Source: an uncultured Desulfobacteraceae bacterium (GTDB taxonomy: Bacteria; Desulfobacterota; Desulfobacteria; Desulfobacterales; Desulfatirhabdiaceae). From it: a DNA stretch of 64,000 nucleotides. The notes under the pieces were generated by a model. The model did no database searches and had not been told where the DNA came from. It saw only the letters and a list, made by a program, of their open reading frames with translations. Shown piece after piece: positions 10,485 through 18,172 of this stretch; within the stretch, counting starts at the first letter, position 1, and the number at the start of each line of letters is the position of its first letter. The position numbers and the translations under genes were made by a program. Location of the stretch: the NCBI GenBank assembly GCA_903953895.1, contig CAJBLH010000162.1, positions 939 to 64,938 of the forward strand. The letters run 5' to 3'.

Positions 10485-10682
10485 TCAGGCTGACCAGGCA
10501 CTGCTCAACCTAGCATCATGCGGGTAAATTCTATCGATGACGGTATCCACCAGAACAGTTATCATCCAGACAATCGCGCATCCGATGATAACACATTCCA
10601 GCCGTTCGAATGCAATCATGACGCGAGCGCCCTCATACACCGGAATCATGATGATGACAAAAGCCACCAGTGCCGATCGCAC
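10485..10682 (-). CDS. possible small two-helix membrane protein upstream of the hybrid kinase
   Basis: 65-codon ORF with a GTG start and two hydrophobic stretches (ALVAFVIIMIPVY, VIIGCAIVWMITVLV). No recognisable family. Confidence 0.25.
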   Translation of the reverse strand: MRSALVAFVIIMIPVYEGARVMIAFERLECVIIGCAIVWMITVLVDTVIDRIYPHDARLSSAWSA

Positions 10683-11203
10683 CGTTTTATATATCCGCTG
10701 GATTTTGCTGAGGATGATGGTTAAAAGTATGCAGAGACAGCACCTCTCAGATTTTGGCGCATAGCTTCTTTAAAAAATGTTGGAATTGTTTCAACGGGAA
10801 TATCCGATAAAAGTATCATTTAATCAAGCAGGCATTTCCACTTCATAGCCGGATTTCATGTTTTATTTCACCCCAAAGATAAAAGTGGATCATGGCATAA
10901 ATCATGCTGTATAATAAAACACGTTGACAGAAATGACGCTATGGCGGGTGATCGCGTAACGTGAATTGAAACGACGGAAAGGCTCTCTCTTTTGATCTTG
11001 ATGACCAGGTCGGTCGATATGATCGGGGATCAATCGGAAGTTGCAAATAACGATTGACAAAAAACAATGAAATAGTTGACAATTTTTGTAACGGATGAGC
11101 AAGGGTAGATTTATCGCCTTTCCCTGCAAATCACTTCCGGAAAACGGCTTTTGATCAAGTATAGAAGCTTGAACATCTAATGGTCAATATACCAGGAGGC
11201 AAT

Positions 11204-11548
11204 ATGAATATCGGATCCAGTCTTTCAGCACTGAATGCATTTTCCACCAAGATGGATGTTACGGCCAAGAACGTAGCCAATGTCAATACCGATGGCTACA
11301 AAAGCAGCAGTGTGGCGATTGTAGGCGGTCAGGAACAAACCGTAAAAACCAATATTGTAAAAGATAATTCGCCAGGCCCTTTGGTACCGAGCCAATCGGC
11401 TAAGAATGGTGTTGTGGAAGCGTCGAATGTGGATATGGTGAAGGAGATGACGCAACTGCCCCCTACACAGATTGGCTACAATGCAAATTTGAAGATGATG
11501 GAAACCAATTTTCAAATGCAGGGCACCTTGCTCAACATGTTCGCTTAA
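11204..11548 (+). CDS. miniature flagellar basal-body rod family protein (FlgB/C-type N- and C-terminal motifs only)
   Basis: SD ccaggagg lies 5 nt before ATG 11204. The N-terminus SALNAFSTKMDVTAKNVANVNTDGYK resembles the rod N-terminal motif. The C-terminus EASNVDMVKEMTQL...GYNANLKMMETNFQMQGTLLNMF resembles the FlgEFG C-terminal motif. Confidence 0.65.
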   Translation: MNIGSSLSALNAFSTKMDVTAKNVANVNTDGYKSSSVAIVGGQEQTVKTNIVKDNSPGPLVPSQSAKNGVVEASNVDMVKEMTQLPPTQIGYNANLKMMETNFQMQGTLLNMFA

Positions 11549-11556
11549 GGTCATGC

Positions 11557-11590
11557 ATTCAAGGCGTGATTCAAGGCGTGATTCAAGGCG
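11557..11590. repeat. 12-bp direct tandem repeat attcaaggcgtg x ~2.8
   Basis: attcaaggcgtg occurs at 11557-11568 and 11569-11580, with a partial copy attcaaggcg at 11581-11590. It lies between convergent gene ends. Confidence 0.85.
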
Positions 11591-11593
11591 AAC

Positions 11594-11614
11594 TGGCAGA
11601 TTTATTTTCTGCCA
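11594..11614. terminator. short hairpin tggcag-atttatttt-ctgcca between convergent genes
   Basis: 6-bp stem with an AT-rich loop and no strong U-tract. Confidence 0.3.
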
Positions 11615-11643
11615 TCCGGCTGTGCGGAAACCGTTCCTCACGG

Positions 11644-12225
11644 TCATGCATATACGTTTATCCGGCTTTTTGCTGAACGCGATGGGGTGTCCTTTTCGCT
11701 GTAATCCTGCCGTTGTTCCGATTTGGTAATCGTTGTCGTCGTTCCGCCCGCCACATAGGATTTCCCGCACTCCGAACAAACTGAATAATGGATGGCGACA
11801 CTCTGCGCCACCACCTTGCGCCCCTTTTGTCCTGCTCTGGCCTGCTCATTAGTAACATGTTCCTGCTCATGGGCTCGGACCTGGCTTTCCGCAGCGCCGG
11901 GCGCAACACGGGTCGGTGTCTGAAAGGACACTGAAGAATCGTCGGATACATCCTTATATTTTCGGTTACTGCATGTTTGACATTCCTCAGATCCGCTGAC
12001 CTGGTTTTTTTTACCCACTCCCAACTGTGCAGATGTTTCACTGCCCTCGATCGGACCACCCTCCTGTTTTTGCCGGGCAATCGCCATTGCTGCTGGACTG
12101 AGCGTTAGGATATCTTCCGGAAAACCCAACGATTTTGCAGGAGAAACAGCCGAAAGCGGGTAGGGCAACAACTGTTGCTGCGGTACAGGCACAGCCTGTG
12201 GCATTCCTTGTGTGATACCTTCCAT
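11644..12225 (-). CDS. SprA-related / putative metalloprotease family protein (VRAHEQEH motif)
   Basis: The motif SQVRAHEQEH, followed by ...SVAIHYSVCSECGKSYVAGGTTT, resembles the SprA-related family (PF12118-type). Two CxxC pairs are present. The start is set at Met16 (SD aaggga 7 nt upstream), because the sigma54 promoter overlaps the longer ORF start. Confidence 0.55.
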   Translation of the reverse strand: MEGITQGMPQAVPVPQQQLLPYPLSAVSPAKSLGFPEDILTLSPAAMAIARQKQEGGPIEGSETSAQLGVGKKNQVSGSEECQTCSNRKYKDVSDDSSVSFQTPTRVAPGAAESQVRAHEQEHVTNEQARAGQKGRKVVAQSVAIHYSVCSECGKSYVAGGTTTTITKSEQRQDYSEKDTPSRSAKSRINVYA

Positions 12226-12276
12226 AGTATTTCCCTTGATCGAGCAGATAGCCCGTCGTTTATCGGACAATAAAAA

Positions 12277-12292
12277 AGCAAATCACGTGCCA
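12277..12292 (-). promoter_or_regulatory. sigma54 (RpoN) -24/-12 promoter, TGGCACGtgatTTGCT
   Basis: The minus strand reads TGGCACG-N4-TTGCT, which matches the consensus TGGCACG-N4-TTGCW at all conserved positions. It lies ~50 nt upstream of ATG 12225. Confidence 0.6.
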
Positions 12293-12382
12293 TGGTTGTA
12301 CGATATCAAAAAGTTCAAAATCTCGGATTGTGGCGGAAAAAAGTAAAAGAAATGATATTCAATCGCACTGTTATACTTTGCA

Positions 12383-12411
12383 TTGACAACAGCGCGGATA
12401 ACGATTAAATA
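12383..12411 (+). promoter_or_regulatory. candidate sigma70 promoter TTGACA-N17-TAAATA upstream of fliW
   Basis: TTGACA at 12383-12388, a 17-nt spacer, and TAAATA at 12406-12411. Confidence 0.4.
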
Positions 12412-12459
12412 TCCATAAAACATCATTTCATTTCAGTCAATAATACGAGGGCTATGCGC

Positions 12460-12894
12460 ATGAAAATTCAATTCACCCATTTTGGCATGCATGAAATCGA
12501 TCCTGAAAGTATTCTGACCTTCCCGCTGGGAATTGCGGGGTTCGAAAACCTGACTCGCTACAAACTGTTCCATGAAGAGAAAGAGCAACCCATTGTGTAT
12601 TGGTTGCAAGCCATCGATGACCCGGATGTCGCTTTTTCGGTGGTTGATCCGGCACAGTTCGGCCTGTATTATGACATTACCTTGACAGATGAAGAAACGG
12701 CCTTGCTGAAAGTCGAAAGCGAGAATGACATCGCGGTCATGCTGATTGCATACAAACAGAATTCAGACACCGCAGGCAGCGACAATGTCAGGGCCAACAT
12801 CAACGGCCCGGTGATTATTAATGCCCGAACCCGCCTGGGAATGCAGAAGGTTCTGGTTGAACTCAAGGCAAACATTACCTTAAAAAACGGTTAA
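12460..12894 (+). CDS. fliW: flagellar assembly factor FliW
   Basis: MKIQFTHFGMHEIDPESILTFPLGIAGFE...WLQAIDDPDVAFSVVDP...NINGPVIINARTRLGMQKVL follows the FliW pattern. SD gaggg lies 8 nt before ATG 12460. Confidence 0.85.
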   Translation: MKIQFTHFGMHEIDPESILTFPLGIAGFENLTRYKLFHEEKEQPIVYWLQAIDDPDVAFSVVDPAQFGLYYDITLTDEETALLKVESENDIAVMLIAYKQNSDTAGSDNVRANINGPVIINARTRLGMQKVLVELKANITLKNG

Positions 12895-12967
12895 GTTCCA
12901 CCTTGATCGCCTACAAGCCGAGCTTTTAAACCCCCCTCATCCGATCCTCTCCCTTAGGGGTAGGGTG

Positions 12968-13076
12968 CTATAGCTTTCAAGAAAATATTTTGGGGAAGGC
13001 AGCAGGGCGGGATAGACCTTCTGTTGGCCATCCCCGACCGATAACGCACCCAACAGCTTTATCTTGAAAGCTGTAG
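12968..13076 (+). mobile_element. MITE-like ~109-bp interspersed element, copy A, with terminal inverted repeats
   Basis: The left end ctatagctttcaaga matches the reverse complement of the right end tcttgaaagctgtag at 14/15 positions. By hand alignment it is ~85% identical to the inverted copy at 22749-22856. Confidence 0.6.
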
Positions 13077-13084
13077 CGGAAGTG

Positions 13085-14056
13085 TCAAGCGGATTTCATA
13101 TCCCGGTAACTTATGATGCCACAAAGAGACGAGGCATTGGTTACTGCCGCAATAATGGCCCGTTCCATGACTTGGGCTGCCAATAGGCCCACGACGCTCA
13201 GGTCTGCCTCGATGTCTCCGGTTGACATGGCAAATATCGTATCGCCGTCAAACATGGAATGAGCGGGCCGGATGGTTCTGGCGTAGCCGTTCTGCGCCAT
13301 GGAGGCCAGCTTGGTGACCTCGGATTTGGTAAATGCCGCATTGGTGGCTACAATGCCGATGGTCGTATTCCCGGCGAAAAGATTCTTTTTCTCGGAACAG
13401 CGTTGGATCATGATGTCTTCTGTGTCCGCCAGCGTTTCCATGTCCTCGTTCAGCGGACCTGCCAGTTTTTCCCGGGTCCACGGATCAATGATATCTCCCA
13501 GACAATTGACAGCAACCAGTGCGCCGACTTTCAACTCTCCGGCCTGCAGGGCGAAACACCCCAGCCCGCTTTTCATGCACCGTTCCGTTCCTAGAATTTT
13601 GCCGACCGTTGCCCCGGTTCCGGCTCCGATACATCCCTGCATACAGGAACCGCGCCCGGCGTTCACGCATGCCTGATATCCCATGGCTTTATCCGGCCTG
13701 ATCCGCCAGTCCCCGATGGTCAGATCAAAGAGTACGGCCCCGCAGACAATGGGAACCCGGGTGACCTGCACATCAAATCCGATGCCTCTTTCCTCCAGAT
13801 ACTGCATCACGCCGGCAGCGGCGTCCAGACCAAAGGCACTGCCCCCGGCAAGCATGACGGCATGAACCTTCTGAACAAGATTGACGGGATTCAAGAGATC
13901 GGTTTCCCGGGTTCCCGGAGCTCCGCCCCTGACATCAACACCCACACAGGCGCCGGCCTCGCAGATGATGACCGTGCAACCCGTTGCTGCATCCAGATTC
14001 TGTGCATGTCCTACCTGAATGCCTTCGATTTTGGAAAAATCTATTTGTTTTGTCAT
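13085..14056 (-). CDS. P1 family peptidase (DmpA / S58 L-aminopeptidase-D-esterase fold)
   Basis: 323 aa. The segments GIQVGHAQ...TGCTVII...VDVRGGAPGTRETDLL...AVMLAGGSAFGLDAA are typical of DmpA-like Ntn hydrolases. Confidence 0.85.
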   Translation of the reverse strand: MTKQIDFSKIEGIQVGHAQNLDAATGCTVIICEAGACVGVDVRGGAPGTRETDLLNPVNLVQKVHAVMLAGGSAFGLDAAAGVMQYLEERGIGFDVQVTRVPIVCGAVLFDLTIGDWRIRPDKAMGYQACVNAGRGSCMQGCIGAGTGATVGKILGTERCMKSGLGCFALQAGELKVGALVAVNCLGDIIDPWTREKLAGPLNEDMETLADTEDIMIQRCSEKKNLFAGNTTIGIVATNAAFTKSEVTKLASMAQNGYARTIRPAHSMFDGDTIFAMSTGDIEADLSVVGLLAAQVMERAIIAAVTNASSLCGIISYRDMKSA

Positions 14057-14120
14057 ATTGACCTCTAAAAACCCGGCAGGGGTTGTTGATAGATCATCGT
14101 TTCAATCCATTTATATTTTA

Positions 14121-14196
14121 CCGCAAAGGCGCAGAGGATGCAAAGATAACGCCGGTTTCTCATTGAATTCTCTTTGCGCCCTCTGCGTCTTTGCGG
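14121..14196. repeat. palindromic intergenic element (ccgcaaaggcgcagagg ... cctctgcgtctttgcgg)
   Basis: 17-nt arms at 14121-14137 and 14180-14196 are complementary at 16/17 positions, with an internal second pairing gcaaaga/tctttgc. Confidence 0.5.
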
Positions 14197-14207
14197 TGAA
14201 TATACTC

Positions 14208-14687
14208 TCAGTTCTTTCCTGTGAGGCTGAAATCGTAAATTCCGGGAGAAGAACCTTCGATGGCCATAGCACCCACAGACTCGGCATAAAACCCGGCAGG
14301 GCCGACACCTCCGATAACGGCATAGGCATAACCGCTGTCCTTCATGCTGTGAAGACACGACAGCAACAGCATGGTTCCCACGCCCTTTCCCCTGGCATGC
14401 ACAGCCACTCCGGTCGGGCCGAAGAAATTCAGGCGGGTACAGTCGTAGCAGGCAAAACCGATCAGGGCTGTGTCTTTCACTGCGATGAAACAGGATGGGG
14501 ACCTGACGGTAAAGGCGATTTCACATTCAAGCGCCCAAGAAGGGTTGAAGTGCTTGTTGACCCAGTCCAGCAGCAGCGGCTTTTCCCAGACATTGGGACG
14601 ACGGACCCGAACCCCGATCTTCTCCATTTTTTCCGCATAACCGGTCAAATCGGGAATGTCATACAATCGGACGAGCATGTCAGTCAT
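14208..14687 (-). CDS. GNAT family N-acetyltransferase
   Basis: 159 aa with the acetyl-CoA binding motif VAVHARGKGVGTMLL. Confidence 0.8.
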   Translation of the reverse strand: MTDMLVRLYDIPDLTGYAEKMEKIGVRVRRPNVWEKPLLLDWVNKHFNPSWALECEIAFTVRSPSCFIAVKDTALIGFACYDCTRLNFFGPTGVAVHARGKGVGTMLLLSCLHSMKDSGYAYAVIGGVGPAGFYAESVGAMAIEGSSPGIYDFSLTGKN

Positions 14688-14743
14688 TCAAGAATGTTCC
14701 TCCTGATCTTAATTGCGGTCTATCAGTCATCGATCATCCTGAA

Positions 14744-15073
14744 TCAATCCGATATTTTTTTCAAAAGAATGTTTCCGCTGCCGGGAATGCTGACGGAAAG
14801 CGTTTTTTGATTGTCCTGGGGCTGAGCGATCAGAACACCACCGGTCTTGACATGGAGCCACAATGCGCCTTGGCGCTTTTTCCATCGTACCGGCGTACTT
14901 TCCTGATCCACCATCCACAGTCCTTTGCCGTCTGGCTGCAGTGTCAGCGTCACTTGAACACCTTCCATTCTCGGCGATTCATACCGTCCCTGCCAGCTCA
15001 AGTCGGATTCACATGCACAGAAAACCAGTCCGGCAATCACCAGCCATACGACCCGAAACGACGCTCGCATCAT
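14744..15073 (-). CDS. small exported protein / possible lipoprotein (109 aa)
   Basis: The start is set at MMRASFRVVWLVIAGLVFCAC, directly abutting the MauE stop. It has a signal-like N-terminus followed by C-A-C. The 205-aa ORF in the track overlaps MauE out of frame. Confidence 0.5.
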   Translation of the reverse strand: MMRASFRVVWLVIAGLVFCACESDLSWQGRYESPRMEGVQVTLTLQPDGKGLWMVDQESTPVRWKKRQGALWLHVKTGGVLIAQPQDNQKTLSVSIPGSGNILLKKISD

Positions 15074-15555
15074 CCGTCCACCTCCTTCAAGGATAGCAGC
15101 AGCCAGTCCTCCAGTTGCAGGGCCGATGGAAACCAGAGTACCTGGACGGTCATGGCCAGCCACAGCAGATCCCGCAACAATGTCTTCCATGTGAGCGGAT
15201 CCTCGATCGATGTAAAACAGCCGCACCCGATGGGAATCCCCCGTGCCAGGGTAATGACAATCGCCACACAAAAGACCACCAACATCGATCCGGTCAGAAC
15301 CGCGGCGGCTCGAGTCCGCAATCCCAGAACCAGCATCAGGCCGCAGATCAGTTCCGTCCATGGCATGATCAAGGCCATGAGATGAACTCCCCAGAACGGT
15401 ACGATCTGATAACTGGCGATTGTTTCCGCAAACTCTCCGGGATAGTTGATCTTGTACATGCTGGCAGTGATAAATATCGCACCAATATAAATTCTAAACA
15501 CCAACCCCAGAAACGGGTGCGCCGTTGCCTTTTTTATCCATACAACCGCATTCAT
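15070..15555 (-). CDS. MauE/DoxX family redox-associated membrane protein
   Basis: Four hydrophobic helices and the GIPIGCGCF motif typical of MauE. The start codon overlaps the upstream stop as ATGA. Confidence 0.8.
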   Translation of the reverse strand: MNAVVWIKKATAHPFLGLVFRIYIGAIFITASMYKINYPGEFAETIASYQIVPFWGVHLMALIMPWTELICGLMLVLGLRTRAAAVLTGSMLVVFCVAIVITLARGIPIGCGCFTSIEDPLTWKTLLRDLLWLAMTVQVLWFPSALQLEDWLLLSLKEVDG

Positions 15556-16748
15556 CGCCCGCTCTCCTGTTTCTCCCATGCAGCCATACCACCGGTCATG
15601 ACTTTGACATCATCATGGCGCTGAAGCAGACGATACGCCACTTCCTCGTCATAACGCTTGCTGAAGGTCCGGCCATAGACTACAACGAGCTGGCCGAGCT
15701 GCAGGCGGGGAGCCAGTTTCATGGAATAGATGATATCAAAAAGCGGGGCCGGGATATTGACAGCATTCGGAATATGGCCCAGATTGAAAAGTTCAGCAGG
15801 TCTGGCATCCACCAGAACGATGTTCCCCCTGTCAAGCAGTTGCCGGACAGACCGGGCATCCACCTGGGGCGCCGGCTCCCGGAAAGTGTCTTCCGGCAGA
15901 AGCGCAATGCCGTTGGGATTGGAAAAATTGAACAGCAGCGAAAGCAGCGTTGAAACCACAAGAAACAGCAGCACATCAGTGGCGCGAAATCGTCCGACCT
16001 GTTCGATTTTTTGATGAAACAACTCCTTCAGGCGGATGCCGGCAACCTCCAGCAGACGGATTTGCTGACGGGCATCGGTCAGATCCACAATGGTCTGCCG
16101 CAACGCGTCATTGGTTCGGAACAGATCATCATTGAGGGCCTGCACGGTTTCGTACGCCCGAACATTCTTTAAGAAAACCATGAAATTGGCGGTCAAACCG
16201 GATAAGATATCCTTTTCTTCCAGCTTATACTCGCGCCCATCTATCGCTGCACCCAGACCGACGACGCCAAGAAGCGAATCGTCCATCATGAACAACAGTG
16301 CAATATCAACATCAAGGCCCGTTTCAAGCTCCGGGAAAACCTGGTGCGGATCCCCGATAAACGTCACGGACATGGGGGCGAGTCTTCGGTTTTCAGCAGT
16401 CTGGAAACCCCGGTAAAGATATTTTTCAGCGGATTCGACCGTCCAGTCCATGTCGAATCGGGCGCCACGGTTTGCGGACATCACCTGTTGGTTCCGCCGG
16501 TCACAGATCATCAGCATGGCCTGAGCAGATCCATTAACCCCCATGATCATCAGCAGAAAACTCTCCAACAACTTCTGAGATGAGGTAATCGGACTCAACT
16601 CGGCGGTAAGCTCATAGAGGGTCTTCAGATAATACATCTGCTGAAAAACCAGTTTGTCGCGTTCTTCCGGAAAAACCGCAGTCTTTTCGACGGAAAGGCC
16701 GATATCACCGGCAGCGATCAACGCGTCAACTCCGAAATAATTTTCCAA
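15552..16748 (-). CDS. GAF domain - coiled coil - single TM - rhodanese-homology domain protein (no cysteine in rhodanese part)
   Basis: N-terminal GAF-like region, the helix VLLFLVVSTLLSLLFNF, and C-terminal LVDARPAELFNLGHIPNAVNIP...VVVYGRTFSKRY...TGGMAAW. Gly occupies the usual catalytic Cys position. Confidence 0.75.
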   Translation of the reverse strand: MENYFGVDALIAAGDIGLSVEKTAVFPEERDKLVFQQMYYLKTLYELTAELSPITSSQKLLESFLLMIMGVNGSAQAMLMICDRRNQQVMSANRGARFDMDWTVESAEKYLYRGFQTAENRRLAPMSVTFIGDPHQVFPELETGLDVDIALLFMMDDSLLGVVGLGAAIDGREYKLEEKDILSGLTANFMVFLKNVRAYETVQALNDDLFRTNDALRQTIVDLTDARQQIRLLEVAGIRLKELFHQKIEQVGRFRATDVLLFLVVSTLLSLLFNFSNPNGIALLPEDTFREPAPQVDARSVRQLLDRGNIVLVDARPAELFNLGHIPNAVNIPAPLFDIIYSMKLAPRLQLGQLVVVYGRTFSKRYDEEVAYRLLQRHDDVKVMTGGMAAWEKQESGR

Positions 16749-17281
16749 AAAGCATCCAGATCCTCGATAATGCCTAAATGGGTATAAAGAACCTTGCTAT
16801 CCGGACCTAGCAACATCGTAAACGGCGTACGCGGTTCGCCGAGCAGCTTGTGTACGTCGAAGGAAGGGTCCGGCGAAATAGGGAAGCTGTACTGCTTCTG
16901 TTCATTCAGGTACTGAATTTCTGTCTGATTGCCGCCAGCGGCAATGGCCAGCATTTTGACCTTTCCCTTCAGACCGCTCTTTTCAATCCGGTTATAGAGT
17001 GTATTGAAAATCGGCGCCTGTCGATAGCAGGCCGGACAATAAACTCCGATAATCTCGATAAGCAGCAGATTCGTACGGATATCCGGGAGCCTGAATGCCG
17101 GTTTTGTAATCCCGAGATAGGCCCTATCCTTTTCAGATGGTGGTGGCGGGAGTTCAAAAGTGGCCAATTTATCGCCTTTCTTGGGAAGCTCCCCGCCGAA
17201 AGTCGGGGCGCCAAGAAACATCCCGCCCGCAAAACCGATCATCACCAGCAATCCCAGCAATTTCCGGCAAGATATCATCAC
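16718..17281 (-). CDS. TlpA/MauD-like thioredoxin-fold protein, exported (CPAC active site)
   Basis: Signal/anchor LLGLLVMIGFAGGMFLGA followed by IEIIGVYCPACYRQAP. Confidence 0.8.
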   Translation of the reverse strand: MMISCRKLLGLLVMIGFAGGMFLGAPTFGGELPKKGDKLATFELPPPPSEKDRAYLGITKPAFRLPDIRTNLLLIEIIGVYCPACYRQAPIFNTLYNRIEKSGLKGKVKMLAIAAGGNQTEIQYLNEQKQYSFPISPDPSFDVHKLLGEPRTPFTMLLGPDSKVLYTHLGIIEDLDAFWKIISELTR

Positions 17282-17325
17282 TATCGCCTCCTTCTTTTAT
17301 ATCAGCCCCTTACTCGGAGAACCCG

Positions 17326-18036
17326 TCATTGCAGCGCCTCCTCTATCGAAGCGACCACCGGCACGAGTTTCCCGAGGCCGACGATATCGAACACTTTTTT
17401 AAGATTATCCGACAGACCAACCCCCACGACGTCCTTCCCCATCTTTTGACTTTCTAATAAAAGCTGGGTGAGAATGGCAATGCCGGCGCCGTTGACAGCG
17501 GAGCTTTCCAGAAAATGCAATATGATCCGGCGCTTGTTGAGGGCAAGGGCTTCGCGGTAGCAGGACTGGAACTGGGACTCCTGCCCGGCTGTAATGCTGC
17601 CACGGATGGTAATCATTGCGGCATTCTCACTCTCCTGAAGCTCAAAATCCCGAATGTTTTCAGAGGCTATTCGACAGCGTTCTTGGGCGTTTTTAAGGGC
17701 CTGTTCCAGAAGATGCCGCTGGATCGGTTTATTGATGAAATCGGTAGCATCCAGATTCAGCGCCTGAATAGCTAGATCCATATCCCCGTGGCCCGTGATC
17801 ACGATCACTTCAACTGCCGGATCAATCTGTTTAAGACGCCGCAAGACTTCGATGCCGTTCATACCGGGCATTTTGATATCGGTCAAAACAATACGTGGCC
17901 GCTCGCGCTCGAACACTTGCAGACCTTCCTGACCGTTTTCCGCGGTCAATACTTCATAGCCATAAGCCATGAGGGTCAACCGAAACATTTTCAGCGTCGG
18001 CTTCTCATCGTCGATCACCAGAATTTTTTCCATCAA
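17326..18036 (-). CDS. response regulator receiver fused to STAS (anti-sigma-factor-antagonist-like) domain
   Basis: REC motifs ILVIDDEKPT...LTDIKMPGMNG...ITGHGD. The C-terminal ~100 aa (ITIRGSITAGQESQF...SSAVNGAGIAILTQLL...GLSDNLKKVFDIVGL) are STAS-like. Confidence 0.8.
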   Translation of the reverse strand: MMEKILVIDDEKPTLKMFRLTLMAYGYEVLTAENGQEGLQVFERERPRIVLTDIKMPGMNGIEVLRRLKQIDPAVEVIVITGHGDMDLAIQALNLDATDFINKPIQRHLLEQALKNAQERCRIASENIRDFELQESENAAMITIRGSITAGQESQFQSCYREALALNKRRIILHFLESSAVNGAGIAILTQLLLESQKMGKDVVGVGLSDNLKKVFDIVGLGKLVPVVASIEEALQ

Positions 18037-18172
18037 TCTATCCTTTGGCCGGCGTTCGGCAACGGAATTGTTATGAAAATGATGATTTCATCATTTATTG
18101 TGCCCGATACGGACATGGACGTTAATATCACTTTTTTCAGTCAATGAAAAACGGTTTCAATTTCTGAAAATT

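Noticed and set aside
10930-10950. TGGCGGGTGATCGCG as a sigma54 promoter for the mini-rod gene
   Set aside because: The GG-to-GC spacing is one nucleotide short of consensus, the -12 element is not TTGC, and it lies ~260 nt from the start codon.
11557-11590. Possible CRISPR array, or a CsrA-sponge RNA
   Set aside because: There are only ~2.8 contiguous 12-bp units with no spacers, so it is not a CRISPR array. The units lack the GGA core of CsrA binding sites.
12895-13084. Search for a csrA gene next to fliW
   Set aside because: The space downstream of fliW is filled by the MITE-like repeat and upstream is promoter sequence. No MLILTR-type small ORF is present on either strand.
14744-15361. 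205-aa version of the small exported protein ORF
   Set aside because: Its first 96 codons overlap the MauE gene in another frame. The internal Met pair, immediately adjacent to the MauE stop codon and followed by a signal-peptide-like sequence, is the credible start.
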